Of a stretch of DNA of 64,000 nt, positions 12,001-26,479 are shown in pieces. A program made the position numbers and the translations under genes. Location: the NCBI RefSeq assembly GCF_001194135.2, contig NC_068992.1, positions 23,676,471-23,740,470 of the forward strand, in the 5' to 3' direction. How positions within the stretch are numbered: the first letter of the stretch is position 1; each line of letters starts with the position of its first letter. The DNA is from Octopus bimaculoides. Lineage: Eukaryota. The notes under the pieces were generated by a model, which ran no database searches, had not been told where the DNA came from, and worked only from the letters and a program-made list of their open reading frames with translations.

Positions 12001-14277
12001 AGATATAAATGTATATTTGACAACTTTCTAAACTACAGATTATGTAATATAGTGGCGCTACACATATGTCGACGGAGGTTTGCAAAATGGGACGACAAGG
12101 AATCCATGGAAAAACGACACTGGAGACACGGACATTTCTCTTCATTTGTCGGTCGAACCATACGAACCAACCTTGTGGCAGGAGTCGCAAATGAGTGCAG
12201 TGACATCAAATTCCCTTATTCACCAAATGCCTCATATGAGAGGAAGTTTTCGATCATAACAGTATTGCAAAACAGCGGTGCCCGAGTATCGCTATAGCTT
12301 TGAGCTGAAAATCGAAAAAAAATCCAAGAAATGTATGTTTGTATGTATGTATGTATGTATGTATGTATGTATGCATGTATATATGTATGTAAGTATATAT
12401 GTATTTAAATGTATTTATATACACTGTTTATTAAATGCGAGAAACATCTTCACGAACTGTTACTCCGTGTTTGAGGTAATAATCGTTAATCGGACAATAT
12501 GATCACAATTGTCCGCTGAACTGTAACGTTAGACTATGCGACACAGTTTGTGAAGAATTTTTCGCTTTTGATAAATCGCATTCTACTATACCTCAGCTAC
12601 TCAAGTGCAATTTTTTCTGGCTTGTTTTACATTTATGCGCTTACTTATATATGCATAACTATGTGTGTTTGCGTGTATATATACGCACACATACACACAC
12701 GCACATACACACACGCACATGCACACATACCTATCCCTTCATACATACATACATATACTACATCCCTGCAAATCATTTAGTAATATTCTTGTACATGAAG
12801 CTATGCTTGCTTTTGGCTTTAAACTGAAATGCATACCATAATTGATATACATACCACAAGCATACATAGGTGGTAAACGTTGGATTGGCCGTACATACAT
12901 ATATACATTTCTATGCATATTCAATTTATATGTGTGTGTATATGTGTTTGCGTGAGTGAGTCTGTGAGTTGGTGCCTGTGTTTGTGTTTGAAAGCAAATT
13001 AGTTTCGACACTATCGGATCTATTACAGGAATCTCTGTTTAATTACCTTAATGAAATATTATATTAATTATCAAATGAATTACAACTATCATGTTCCCCT
13101 TCTCTTTGGATCATCATATATTAATACAAATCCTTACTTCGTGCCATGATTATTGGCATTATAATCACGAAGCGCGTTTGTTGCAACCTATCCTTAAATT
13201 ATATATGCCTGTCGAAAATGAGTATTACCAAATGTGATAATATTACACATTCTACTCTTCAAGAAGACACCGAATACAAGCATAAATTCTACTGTTTCAG
13301 ACATTCGTAGACAACGTACTAGGTATATTTTAAGGCTTTCAATAAAAAACCCAACATCCATGTACGAGAATTCACCGTTATATTTAAAACAGTTTAGTGT
13401 CTATAAGCTCGACGGAAATGGTTTCCAGGCTCAAGATTTCCACAGCGAAATTCTTATAAAGATAATCTACATAGGTAAAATATTTACGAAGGATTTTTGA
13501 GGTCAATCCAGATCTGGACATCGGCATCAGTTTGATATTAATCTGGTAACAGATTAATATTTACTTTTTGTATTCTTTTATTATTTTGTAATATTATCTT
13601 TAAAATTATTCTCTTTATTTTTATTTCATTATTTTTTTTATTTTTTACACGTATACTTGTTACAAAGTATTTTTTTCTATACACACAACCTTCTAAACCA
13701 CAGAATTTAGGTATGAAAACGGCTATCGGAAAACTTGAAATGTATTAGAGCAACTGTAAACATTATCATTAAAATAAAACTTATCCTCCAAAAAGCCTTC
13801 ATCTCTACTCATTTTTTTCAAATATACTATACACTACCAAAAACAATTTTATCATTCTACTATACATATATCGATATATACATACATATATANNNNNNNN
13901 NNNNNNNNNNNNNNNNNNNNNNNNNNNNNNNNNNNNNNNNNNNNNNNNNNNNNNNNNNNNNNNNNNATATATAAAGGGAACAGAAAATGGAGAAATATTG
14001 ATGAGCAACAATTGACATACGTCAATTAGTATTTGTTAAGTCAATACAGATAGACTACTTGTATTGTATTAATAAATAATAATTGATGTAAGTGAATTGT
14101 TGTCCATTAAACTTTCTCCAGTTTCTGTTTTCTCTAAATTTTGATTCTTGATAAACTCATGTTATCCTCGGTTTGCATACGTGTGCCTATGGTGAAATAT
14201 GCGGAATATACCGGTAGTATAATGGATACTTCTAGCTCTTAGACTGTTATTTTGACCTCTAACTCAGCTAAACTTTC

Positions 14278-14533
<256 letters not shown>

Positions 14534-15729
14534 CATATATATATACGTAAAAAGTTAGCGCTTCGGCAAAATATATTGAAATCATAAACACCAGGCATTA
14601 AATGATTTAAGATTTGGGATTGACTTTTTCGATTGTCTTTCAATGCCGTTTCCCATGTTGGAAACGGATAAATGACTAATAACTGAAACAAATTATATTA
14701 AAGAGCTAAAATCACCTCATAAAACTGACTTCCACATAGATAATATCCCTCTCACTGTTCGAACCAAAATAATATCAAGTACTTTTCAGAAAGGCAAGCA
14801 AAGACATTAGCATATTTGTATATTTGCATATTTGCATTCGAATGCACAGGAAAATATTACGAATAAATATGCAAATCAAATTTTCAGATATCGCTGTACA
14901 TGTTAGAAATAACGATTTATTATCAGGTGGCATACAGCAGCACTGATCGGTAAAAGAGTTTGTTCGCTGAACTTATAAATAAGACCATTGGCTTCCTTTT
15001 GCAATCATAGATCCGTCTATTTCTGACTTTTACGACATGCAGTATCGAAACAGAGGTGTCGACTGTCCCTCTGGAAAAATGAATCGAAGAGTGTTACGAA
15101 CACACCGTTGCTGTAAAATATCGTGGTGTTACTATGATGAATAAAACAGCGGTTACCGTATTTGCATTCAAATCCACCAGGAAATATTACTAAATAAATA
15201 TGCAAGCCATACTTTTCGAGTCTCGCTGCTTACTGTGTAAATGATGATATATATATATATATATATATATATANNNNNNNNNNNNNNNNNNNNNNNNNNN
15301 NNNNNNNNNNNNNNNNNNNNNNNNNNNNNNNNNNNNNNNNNNNNNNNNNNNNNNNNNNNNNNNNNNNNNNNNNNNNNNNNNNNNNNNNNNNNNNNNNNNN
15401 NNNNNNNNNNNNNNNNNNNNNNNNNNNNNNNNNNNNNNNNNNNNNNNNNNNNNNNNNNNNNNNNNNNNNNNNNNNNNNNNNNNNNNNNNNNNNNNNNNNN
15501 NNNNNNNNNNNNNNNNNNNNNNNNNNNNNNNNNNNNNNNNNNNNNNNNNNNNNNNNNNNNNNNNNNNNNNNNNNNNNNNNNNNATATATAAATACACACA
15601 GATTTCGCATAGGGATCGCGATGCTAATAACATGGTGTAGAACTCAATAGAATTATGATTCATAACAAAACGCTAGTCGACTACAGAGCAGTAATAAGAT
15701 ATGTGATGATAAAAGAATAAACGATTCTC

Positions 15730-15890
15730 TTCTACTCTATTCACAAGGCCCAAGATTTTAGGGGAGGGAGCCAGTCGATTAGATCGACACCAGTACGCAA
15801 CTGGTACTTAATTTATCGAATCCGAAAGGGTGAAAACAAAGTCGACCCCGGTAGAATTTGAACTCAGAACGTAAAAAAAACAGACGAAAA
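15730..15890 (-). mobile_element. SINE family B, 5'-truncated, tail type B2
   Basis: Tail, core and B box (GAATTTGAACTCAG) are present. Confidence 0.85.
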
Positions 15891-16072
15891 AAGGGATATA
15901 CAATTATCTTATGAACTTCGTTAGCTAACGGCTGTTTCCGCAGTGAGGTGATGTGGATTAATGTAATATTTGAGAAGGTGAATAACACAGTACTGCTTCA
16001 TCTATCACCAGATATGAAGGGTAATTTATTTGGTGAAAACGATTACATTTATGCGCATACGCAGGAAAAGGC

Positions 16073-16119
<47 letters not shown>

Positions 16120-16567
16120 TACGTGTATGTGTGTGTATAATAAACATACTGATCACGCGCTTATGTCTAGGTACGTTCATGTGTGAGTATATGTTTTTGT
16201 ATATCGGTGTATGTAATACATAAAAAAAACTAATTTAAATTAGGTGGAATGACGATATTTCATGCCACATAACACGAATTTCTCTTTACTGTTTGTTACA
16301 AGAGCACATATATATATATATATATATAAATTAACTTGCACTAAAGCTTTTTTCTTCTGTAAATATTAAATTCATTATATGTTTCAGATAATATCTTTTG
16401 TAATTATAACTATATATTTGAAGGCGATAGATTTCAAGTCATGTTTCAATGATGTAATTGTGTGAATTCGTAACTGTAAAATACAGTATGTATTCACATT
16501 GAAATATAATTTACTCGTGAACAATAACACTTTGATATATGTAAATGTGTGTATATACATAAATAAA

Positions 16568-16605
<38 letters not shown>

Positions 16606-17305
16606 NNNNNNNNNNNNNNNNNNNNNNNNNNNNNNNNNNNNNNNNNNNNNNNNNNNNNNNNNNNNNNNNNNNNNNNNNNNNNNNNNNNNNNNNNNNNNNN
16701 NNNNNNNNNNNNNNNNNNNNNNNNNNNNNNNNNNNNNNNNNNNNNNNNNNNNNNNNNNNNNNNNNNNNNNNNNNNNNNNNNNNNNNNNNNNNNNNNNNNN
16801 NNNNNNNNNNNNNNNNNNNNNNNNNNNNNNNNNNNNNNNNNNNNNNNNATATAGATAGATAGATAGATAGATAGATACATAGATAGATAGATAGATAGAT
16901 AGATACGTAAATTCTAATATACATATAGATATATGTAAATCGGTGCTACTTTCGTATGCGATCTATGTAGTCATCGTGATCTACAAGAGTCAAATTCTAC
17001 TTTAGTATGCAATCTACCTGTTTCATTAATTTATTGTGGTTTAAATAAACAACTCTTACATTCTTATACATTTATTTTTTAAAAAATCATTAAGATTAAC
17101 AGATTTGAAATAAATTTACTAATTTTATGGGTGAATCAAACGAACGTCAGCTAGAAATGTAAAAAAAAATTATTGATAATTATATTTTTTATATATTTTA
17201 TACATTTATTACTACAAAGAAATTATAACGAAGCAAATTTGAAACAAGTTTACTAATTTTATCAGCGAATCGAACACACATGAGGTAGAAAGCTGTTCTT
17301 GATAA

Positions 17306-17428
17306 TTATTTACATTTGAAAGATATTTGTCCTCATCTCGATGAGGACAAATATCCGTCAAATGAAAATAATGTCAATACTGTAAATAAGGTACCTAATT
17401 CCTCATCTCCTCTTTAATATAGAACTAG
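17306..17428. mobile_element. Family D, minimal palindromic copy (inverted 3' ends only)
   Basis: ATTTACATTTGA..ATATTTGTCCTCATC-TC-GATGAGGACAAATAT..TCAAATG, ending in ATATAGAACT. 9-bp TSD TCTTGATAA at 17297-17305 and 17429-17437. Confidence 0.85.
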
Positions 17429-18464
17429 TCTTGATAAGTATAACTTTTCTTGTAGGCCACAATATAAAGTGTAGATCACATACCAAAGTATCACCCATAC
17501 AGCTATGTTTGGTCTATCTATCTTGTTCTCACCATCCAATTTTTTTACGAATGGGTAGTCACCATAGATCGATATTGGACTATACATATCATAATAATAT
17601 AATAGAGAAGACTTATTAATAATTGCTGTGGAAGTTACTTTTACTAAACGAAAACAATTATTCCAGTCTGCATCGTCAAGATAATACTCAAAATTTTAAT
17701 TTCAGTATATTTGTATTTTTAATCTTCATATTGTTTTTGTTATTGAAGGTTCTAATTGCATGTTTCTGCCAGAAAACTAATTACGATTCATTAGGAGAAA
17801 GCATTTTGACACTGTCGTAGCGTTGTGTTTAGATTTTACGTAAGAACACCTTTTTCTTAGATCTTGCACAGGATATATTTTCTTCTTACAACACATGTTA
17901 TGGCTCAGGTCTCCACAGGTAAACATACGTACGTACGTACATACATACACATATACATACATGCATACATACATGCATGTTGGGGTCCTGTGATGTGTAA
18001 CACACTGCCTAGATACCAATCTTGTAATACTAGGCTTCTTAAAACCAGAAAGGAGAAAGCCGATTCGAAAAGTAGAGATCCAATCCATCACCAGAACTGA
18101 AAAACTTCGTGAAACTTTGCAGAAAATCATGTAAAAATACATGAGCATGTCTAGATATGCAAATATATGCATGAGAATATATACATGAAACAAAATATAC
18201 AAATCTGCAGAAATACATATATACATACAAATATGCCCTGTTGATGTTTTTGCAATTCTAATGAAGGACCTTTGATCTAGGTTAGAAACTGGGCTATGTA
18301 TATTGGCAAGAAATCTTGAAATAAAACTGAATAATGGCATACAGACATGCATGCGTGCATGCATGTATGCTCACAAACATACATACACCCATATATATAT
18401 ATTTATGCGTGTGCTTTATAAGGACATGTTTATGTTTATGTGTAGGTGTATTTGTATATATTCA

Positions 18465-18878
18465 ATGGCAGAATCTTTAGCACTCTAGCCAAAAACTGCT
18501 TAGCGGCAATTCGTCCTTATTTATGTTCTGCTTTCAAATTCTGCCGAGGTCTACTTTCGATGAATTAAGTACTGGTTCAGCACTGGTGTCGATGTAATTG
18601 ACAAGCCCCCTTCCTCCAAATTTCAGGCTTTGTGCCTATAGTAGAAAAGATTATTATATGGTAAAATGAAATGAATTTGCAAGATTGTTATCACTCAAGG
18701 CAAAATGGTTAGCGGCATTGCGCCCGTCTTAATGTTCTGAGTCCAAATTTCGCCGATGTCGTCTTTGACTTTCATGCTTTCGGGGTCGATAAAATAAGTG
18801 CCATAGAGCGCTGGGGCCGATGTAATTGACATAACTTCTTCAAACTTTCTGGCCTTGTCCCAAAAATTTGAAACCAAT
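18465..18878 (+). mobile_element. Two diverged SINE family B copies (18465-18653 tail B2; 18696-18878 tail B3)
   Basis: Head, core and tail motifs are recognisable in both. Confidence 0.8.
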
Positions 18879-19528
18879 ATAATAAGGAAAAAAAATAGTG
18901 TTTTCTATAGAATTTGTTATAGTCCTGGGATTTAGTATCTGAGACGATTAAATTCGGATGAAATTAAAAGCATCATTGTTGTCGTATTTGAATTCCAAAG
19001 TGTGCTGTAATATTTTAGGGTGTCGAGTTTTATCCTGCACTTTTCCAGGTTCACTTAATTAAGAATATTTCCTCTATGCGCATTTTCTTTTTCTGTAGGC
19101 AACGCTTTTTAAATGCAAAAATATAATTCAGTAATCCAAATCTGAAAATGTGTAAAATATTATAAATTGAACTTTTGTTCGGGAAATTTTAACTGCAACA
19201 AAAATTAAATGTTGTGAATTGACAGAAGTAAGGTTACTTAAAAACGACAATGATGAACTCGAGACAAAGAAGAAGAATTGCACTAAAATACAGTAAATAG
19301 ATTAAATGACGCCATTCTGAAAACTGCGCACAATCTGTAAAGATGTAAACGATATGCGTTAAAAAAGTATTCGACTTTATTTTTGCACTCTAAACCTGAT
19401 GTCATGCAGGCAACCCTTGGTGTAAGAGATCCCGTCAGCCTTACAGAGCACGAGCGAAAATTTTCCCTGCCGGCAGATATGTATCCTAGATGTCCTGTCG
19501 TCGCCTATCTTCCTGACACGGCGGAAGG

Positions 19529-19562
19529 TATAAAAACAGTGAGCAAGACAAATTTGTTAGTT
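19529..19562 (+). promoter_or_regulatory. Candidate Pol II core promoter (TATA box + Inr-like)
   Basis: TATAAAAA at 19529-19536 and TTAGTT at 19557-19562, with the A exactly 30 nt after the first T. A CpG-enriched segment and GGCGGAAG lie immediately upstream. Confidence 0.35.
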
Positions 19563-20657
19563 AGAAGCAATGAAACATATGCTTTCTAACTATTTATTTG
19601 CAATCGACATCGATAACTGTAAACATAATCAGCTTCCAAATATTCTGTCCGATGTTTTAACGAACCAAATGGCAGCAATTATCGGTAGCAAGAATTCACA
19701 AAAAAAAACATCTGAGATTTTATTACCTTTGTTTCTGCAGGTTAGCAGATTTGCTTGAAGGAAAACAAAATGCCTATCAGCAATGTAACTGGAATAGTTT
19801 CAGAGAGACGACGACGGAACATAGTATATCTATATATATATATATATTACACAGAACTATCCGTGGTCGATGTTTATCTCACTCCGTTTCCCTTATATAT
19901 TCCCCACTTCTCTGTCATAGGAAATATGTTCGTCTGTATTTAGATTATTCCTCATTTCAAATCACATTATTCATTTTATTCATTTTATAATGATAAACAA
20001 GCAAATTATATAAAGCAACTGAATTTCTTTACTGAAAATCACACCCCGACATTATTGGCAATGGATTCTTTAAAAGACAAACGCACGGGCACACATACAC
20101 ATAGATATGGGCTTCAATACATGCATTCAATCCACCATGCATGTATATGCGTGCGCGATTGTGTGTGAATTCACCCTCCGTCCATCTGTCTCTTTGTATA
20201 CATACATGCATACACACACATATACATAGTCATATAAGTATACGTATATCTGTGTGTGTGTACATGTGTTTACATTTCTATGTGTTATGTGTTTATGTGC
20301 AAATATCCATGTATATATGCATTAAACATTGGTGTCATGATGAAAACCGAATTTATGCTAAAAAGCGAATACAGAAAATATTTGATGGCGCTTAACCTCC
20401 AGGAAACCATTTTCACAAGATAAACCTAGTTTATCGAATATCTTTTTTTATGTAATTGAAAATTAATTTTATGTACCGGGTAATATTCCTCTGGAATTGT
20501 TATAGCACATTTGATGGCCATACATTTCAATGGTGATGTTTTAATGTAAAATTAGCGACGGTTAAGTGCAGTATATAACATTACAGGGTAATTGGAAAAT
20601 TTGAAATATTCAGATATGAAACTAGGTTATACATACATACATACATATATACATTTT

Positions 20658-20697
<40 letters not shown>

Positions 20698-20939
20698 NNN
20701 NNNNNNNCATATAATACATATTTAAAAACACATAGCGAGACACACACTGACAGGTATACACACGTACTCACGGTAACACGCACGCACTCGTACTACCAAT
20801 GTAATTCGAAAGTGTTGTTGAGAGACGAGGATTGACCAATATTTCGCTAATTGTTGTAGGATAGTATGTACTGGCAAGAATGACAGGTTTACCCTTGGTC
20901 CGCTCGTGTAGTTATACAACGCCCGAACAGGGGAGTGAG

Positions 20940-21235
20940 AAACAGAAATACAGAGAAAGAGCGGGAGTGAGAGTGGTGAGAGAGAGGAGAAGATAAACAG
21001 AGATAGATAGAGAGATGGAGAGAAGAAGAGAAGCGAGAGGGGGAGATATAGAGAGATATAGTGAATGTATGAGAGGGGAAGCGAAATAGAAACAAAGAGA
21101 GAGGAGAGCGAGTGACACAGAGAGATTAACAGAGAATGAAGGGTAGAGAGAGTGGATGAAAGAGAAGGTGAAAGAGGGGTGAGAAAGAGAGAAAGAGAGG
21201 GTGAGTTAGAGGGGAGAAAAAGAGAAACAGAGATT
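20940..21235. repeat. ~300-bp degenerate (GA)n purine-rich tract
   Basis: Strong purine strand asymmetry. It explains the S/L-rich ORFs on the minus strand. Confidence 0.9.
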
Positions 21236-21802
21236 GAAGTTGCTGTTCGTGAGCCAAAATTTGAAACCAATGTTTAGGCAAATTGTGAATGGGTTACGTA
21301 TTCTGAGGAACGTAAGATCAATATATATGCTTGCGTTATTTTAATTGTGTGTGCGATGGCATTTTTCTTTGTGGTGCGTACTTAGGTTTGTGTGTGTGTG
21401 CGCGTTCTTGTGTAACTAAGAGACAAAACAACTAAATAATTAGGTAACCAACGTGTCGTAACTAAGCGTACTCGTCAGATAGCAGTACCAAATGCTTTGT
21501 CGGATATTCATCATCTCCTTTTGCTCCCATTTTAAGTACCAATAATGAAAAATCCGATTTCCTCCTGTTCGTGGAAAACAGAACAAAAGACCTTGCCAGA
21601 GGGGCTTAGATTACCAGAATTCTCAGAGCGCCCGATAGAATAATTTCCTGTGATCTTTCTAGCTTTGCTCCTTCTGGTTTCTGCGGTGATTCCGAGAAAG
21701 TTTCCCAATAACAGTCGGTCATTGAGAACGTTTCCATATATACATGCATTCATTCATGCATGTATCAACATTAATATAGATATATATGTGTATACTTATA
21801 TG

Positions 21803-21894
<92 letters not shown>

Positions 21895-22013
21895 GCACAC
21901 ACACNNNNNNNNNNNNNNNNNNNNNNNNNNNNNNNNNNNNNNNNNNNNNNNNNNNNNNNNNNNNNNNNNNNNNNNNNNNNNNNNNNNNNNNNNNNNNNNN
22001 NNNNNNNNNNNNN

Positions 22014-22090
<77 letters not shown>

Positions 22091-22493
22091 AGTGCTTTCC
22101 CTAATAAGCATAAACTTCTTTTTGAAGTACGAAGAAGTGCACTGAATCTTATGGCATAAAAAATATCAGTGAGCTAATAAATTTGATTGCTTAATTACTT
22201 TTTCCCTTAATTCTCATTACGCTCTGCTGTAATCGCCTATCTATTTCCTCTGAAGGGCCTGTATAATCAGCTTTAAGGACAAGTCATTGATATCACGGTG
22301 CATTACCGGAATCCTAATATACATATATATGTTGAGAAAGGTAATTGACTACATAAATGCTTGTGTGAGTGTGTATATATATGCGAGTGTAACTATGCGT
22401 GCGCGTTTGTGCATTTGGCGAAGAGATTTAATGTTACACACGAAGCGTTGAAAGCGCGTCCACTTTCGAGTTTTATCTCTTAAAAAAGAAAGC

Positions 22494-22982
<489 letters not shown>

Positions 22983-24598
22983 AAAGAACGCTTGCTCTTG
23001 ATAATTTTCTAGAATCTCCAATAATTTTGGGGGAATATGCGAAGTTCCTGAACTCATTAATCGATCTCCCTTAGCACTTTACCCTGAATAACACGTGTAA
23101 TTCGAAAAACAGGTCATTAATATCTCAGTGCGTTAACGAAGTCCTGATATATATATATAAGCTGGAGTACTAGTTTCAAAATAATCGACTATATGTATGC
23201 CTGTGTGAGTGTATGTATATGCGAGTGCAATTATGTTTCATCTTCCTACTCTCATCTTTTGCAGCGACGTGCTCCGGGCGTGCGTCGCAACCAATTTTTG
23301 AAATGCAAAGCAATATGTTTGGCGCAGTTATGAAAGCACGTATTTCTATAACCTGTCCATTATATATAGACGTCATAAATCAGTTGTGACAGTGTATATC
23401 ACCCTAAATTTATCATGAATACTGATACAAGTGTGCATGGTGGCATTTTATTGTGCCTACGTCTATATATCTGTATCTACAAACATGTCTAGATGGTCGT
23501 GTGCGTATATATTTCTGTATATACACACACACTGATTACCTATGTGAACTGTTGTGGAATTTACAAATGTTCTTGATATTTTCTTCAACAACAACATAAT
23601 AATAATAATACGAACTCGGGAAGATAAATTATTTTACATACACGCATAACATGCGTGTATTAGTTTCCATCCCCGGATGTTCAGTGTATGTTCTCTTGTA
23701 TCTGTTATTATTTACAACCTTTATACATGGCTATGTTGATATTTTTTCCCGTTATTTCTATCAGGTTATCCTGTTATTCTTTTCCACATATTAAGTACTG
23801 TTCAGATTTCCCGTTGTGTATCTTAGGGGCAAAGTATATATCGATGTCTTTTTTCCCATTAGAGCTAAGAACAAATCAATAACACAGATGAAACGGTTAT
23901 GTACATTCACAAACACACACACGCACACACACACACACACACACTCGTATATATATATATTAAACATGTAGTCACGACTATATAAATGCAAGTATTCATG
24001 TGTATATATATANNNNNNNNNNNNNNNNNNNNNNNNNNNNNNNNNNNNNNNNNNNNNNNNNNNNNNNNNNNNNNNNNNNNNNNNNNNNNNNNNNNNNNNN
24101 NNNNNNNNNNNNNNNNNNNNNNNNNNNNNNNNNNNNNNNNNNNNNNNNNNNNNNNNNNNNNNNNNNNNNNNNNNNNNNNNNNNNNNNNNNNNNNNNNNNN
24201 NNNNNNNNNNNNNNNNNNNNNNNNNNNNNNNNNNNNNNNNNNNNNNNNNNNNNNNNNNNNNNNNNNNNNNNNNNNNNNNNNNNNNNNNNNNNNNNNNNNN
24301 NNNNNNNNNNNNNNNNNNNNNNNNNNNNNNNNNNNNNNNNNNNNNNNNNNNNNNNNNNNNNNNNNNNNNNNNNNNNNNNNNNNNNNNNNNNNNNNNNNNN
24401 NNNNNNNNNNNNNNNNNNNNNNNNNNNNNNNNNNNNNNNNNNNNNNNNNNNNNNNNNNNNNNNNNNNNNNNNNNNNNNNNNNNNNNNNNNNNNNNNNNNN
24501 NNNNNNNNNNNNNNNNNNNNNNNNNNNNNNNNNNNNNNNNNNNNNNNNNNNNNNNNNNNNNNNNNNNNNNNNNNNNNNNNNNNNNNNNNNNNNNNNNN

Positions 24599-24636
<38 letters not shown>

Positions 24637-26267
24637 TTTGTGTGTAATGTATATGGGTATATCTATGTAACTATATATGAAGAGATAGTTAGATAGATAT
24701 AGATGCAATGCATGTGTATGTATATTTGTGTATTCGTGTGTTCTTGTGTGTATGCTTTTGCATGTATCTGTCTATGAATTTGCTTTTACATTAATATAAA
24801 TTCATTTATTTATTTTCCATGAAATTGTCTGTAAGATGTATATTACCTCAGGAAATAAGGTTGTTCTTCAAATGTGGTGTACATTTTTACGTATTTCCTA
24901 TCACTTGTACAGAGATTTATATACGTAAATACATAGAAGCATAGGTACATATATATATACAGAGGCACGTAAAAGTGTGAACAAGTATGCGTTTATGCAT
25001 ATTTATACATACACATATTCGTGCACATACATACACACTTATTTGCTTATCCACGTATGTAAGTATACATATATGTGTTGAAAAGTGTGTGCTTGTATAT
25101 AACATATATAGACACACCCACACACATGCATATATACAAGGTTACTTACTACATAGATATATATGCATGCGCTCTGTGGCTAATCGAAAATTGAAGAAAA
25201 TTGTTTATTCATCGTGCATGTGCTCGCCCAGTTGTCTCTGTATACGTGTCTCTAATCTGTTGTCGATTGAAAACTTTTGAATTGTGTCCGTTCTCTTCAG
25301 AGCTAATTCTAGAATTTTTCTTTAGAATCCGATTTCACATTGTATTTCAGTATTCTGTTTATCATTCGAGAATATATTGGCTTCTCTATAAAATTGCTTA
25401 CTGCGTTTTGAAGTTGGTGAGACATATTCTATAATGTAGTCCTAGAAATGCAACTCCTGGAATGAAATATTGTTTCATAAGGAGAACGTCTTTATACTTG
25501 GTCAATTCTTTCAGTTAGGTTTGATGTAAAGCAATCAGCGACCGCACGAACGAAACCATTGGCAACAATAAAAACCACAACGACAACCACTGGAACATAT
25601 TGCCGTATTCTTCACATGGCTTCGCGATTTTGGTAGCAGAGCTAAGTATATTTCTTTTAATCTTATCGCAGGTTTACTTAATCGGAGTTAACATAGAATC
25701 CAGGCAATATTTTTTGTCACAACATGGGGTAAATGCATAAAGGTAAGCAGTTATCGCAACATGGCAATTAGAAAGGAATTGAAGTTTATGCTTTGAAATA
25801 TTGCTAGAATTATGTGAAGTTGGGATTTGATCGATCCAGTAAACATCGTTAGATATACTCGTTTTACTAACTCACGATTGAAACGCAAAGTCTTGTCGTG
25901 ATATTAAGATATGTTGATATTATTTCTTCCATATCTGAATCTTGTGACTGCATCAATTATACGGATTTCACAAGCAACATCTTTCAATTATTTGAGTGAA
26001 TTGTGTATATTATTGAATAAATAAACTTCAGTATAAGTTTCCACGTATCTTAGCAACTTAAGAAACATAAGATTGAAGGATTTGAACTAATGCGTATTTT
26101 CCAGGGATTATCTAAGCTGCTGAACTTAGATGGAAACCTGAGTTTACGTGGTGGTTCTGAGTTCTTTTTTCAGAGTTTGACAACTATCCTCTAGCTAGCT
26201 CCGAGCTCATCAATATATTTTGTGTGCTAGGAGTAGAATCCTCCCACCAAAAAAAAAAAAAATGAAA

Positions 26268-26425
26268 GGCATGAATGTGTGGTAAGAATCTTGCTTCCTA
26301 ACGACGTGATTCCGAGTTCAGTCCCACTGCGTGTCATCTTGGGTAAGTGTCTTTTACTACAGCTGACCAAAAGCTTGTGAGTGGATTTGGTCGACGGAAA
26401 ACTGAAAGAAGCCTGTAGCGTATGT
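26268..26425 (+). mobile_element. SINE family C (CORE-type), 5' half
   Basis: tRNA head GTGTGGTAAG..GAGTTCAGTCCCACTGCG followed by CORE-like CATCTTGGGTAAGTGTC. Confidence 0.85.
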
Positions 26426-26479
26426 GTAACTATATATAAACAATGAAGCGAATAGCTACATCAAAGTGGCAGATGAATG

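Noticed and set aside
13234-13520. Possible mariner N-terminus (ARRKWF)
   Set aside because: Too decayed; a single motif is within chance.
23265-23339. 75-nt plus-strand exon candidate
   Set aside because: Good acceptor but a weak donor (CAC|GTATTT) and no recognisable peptide.
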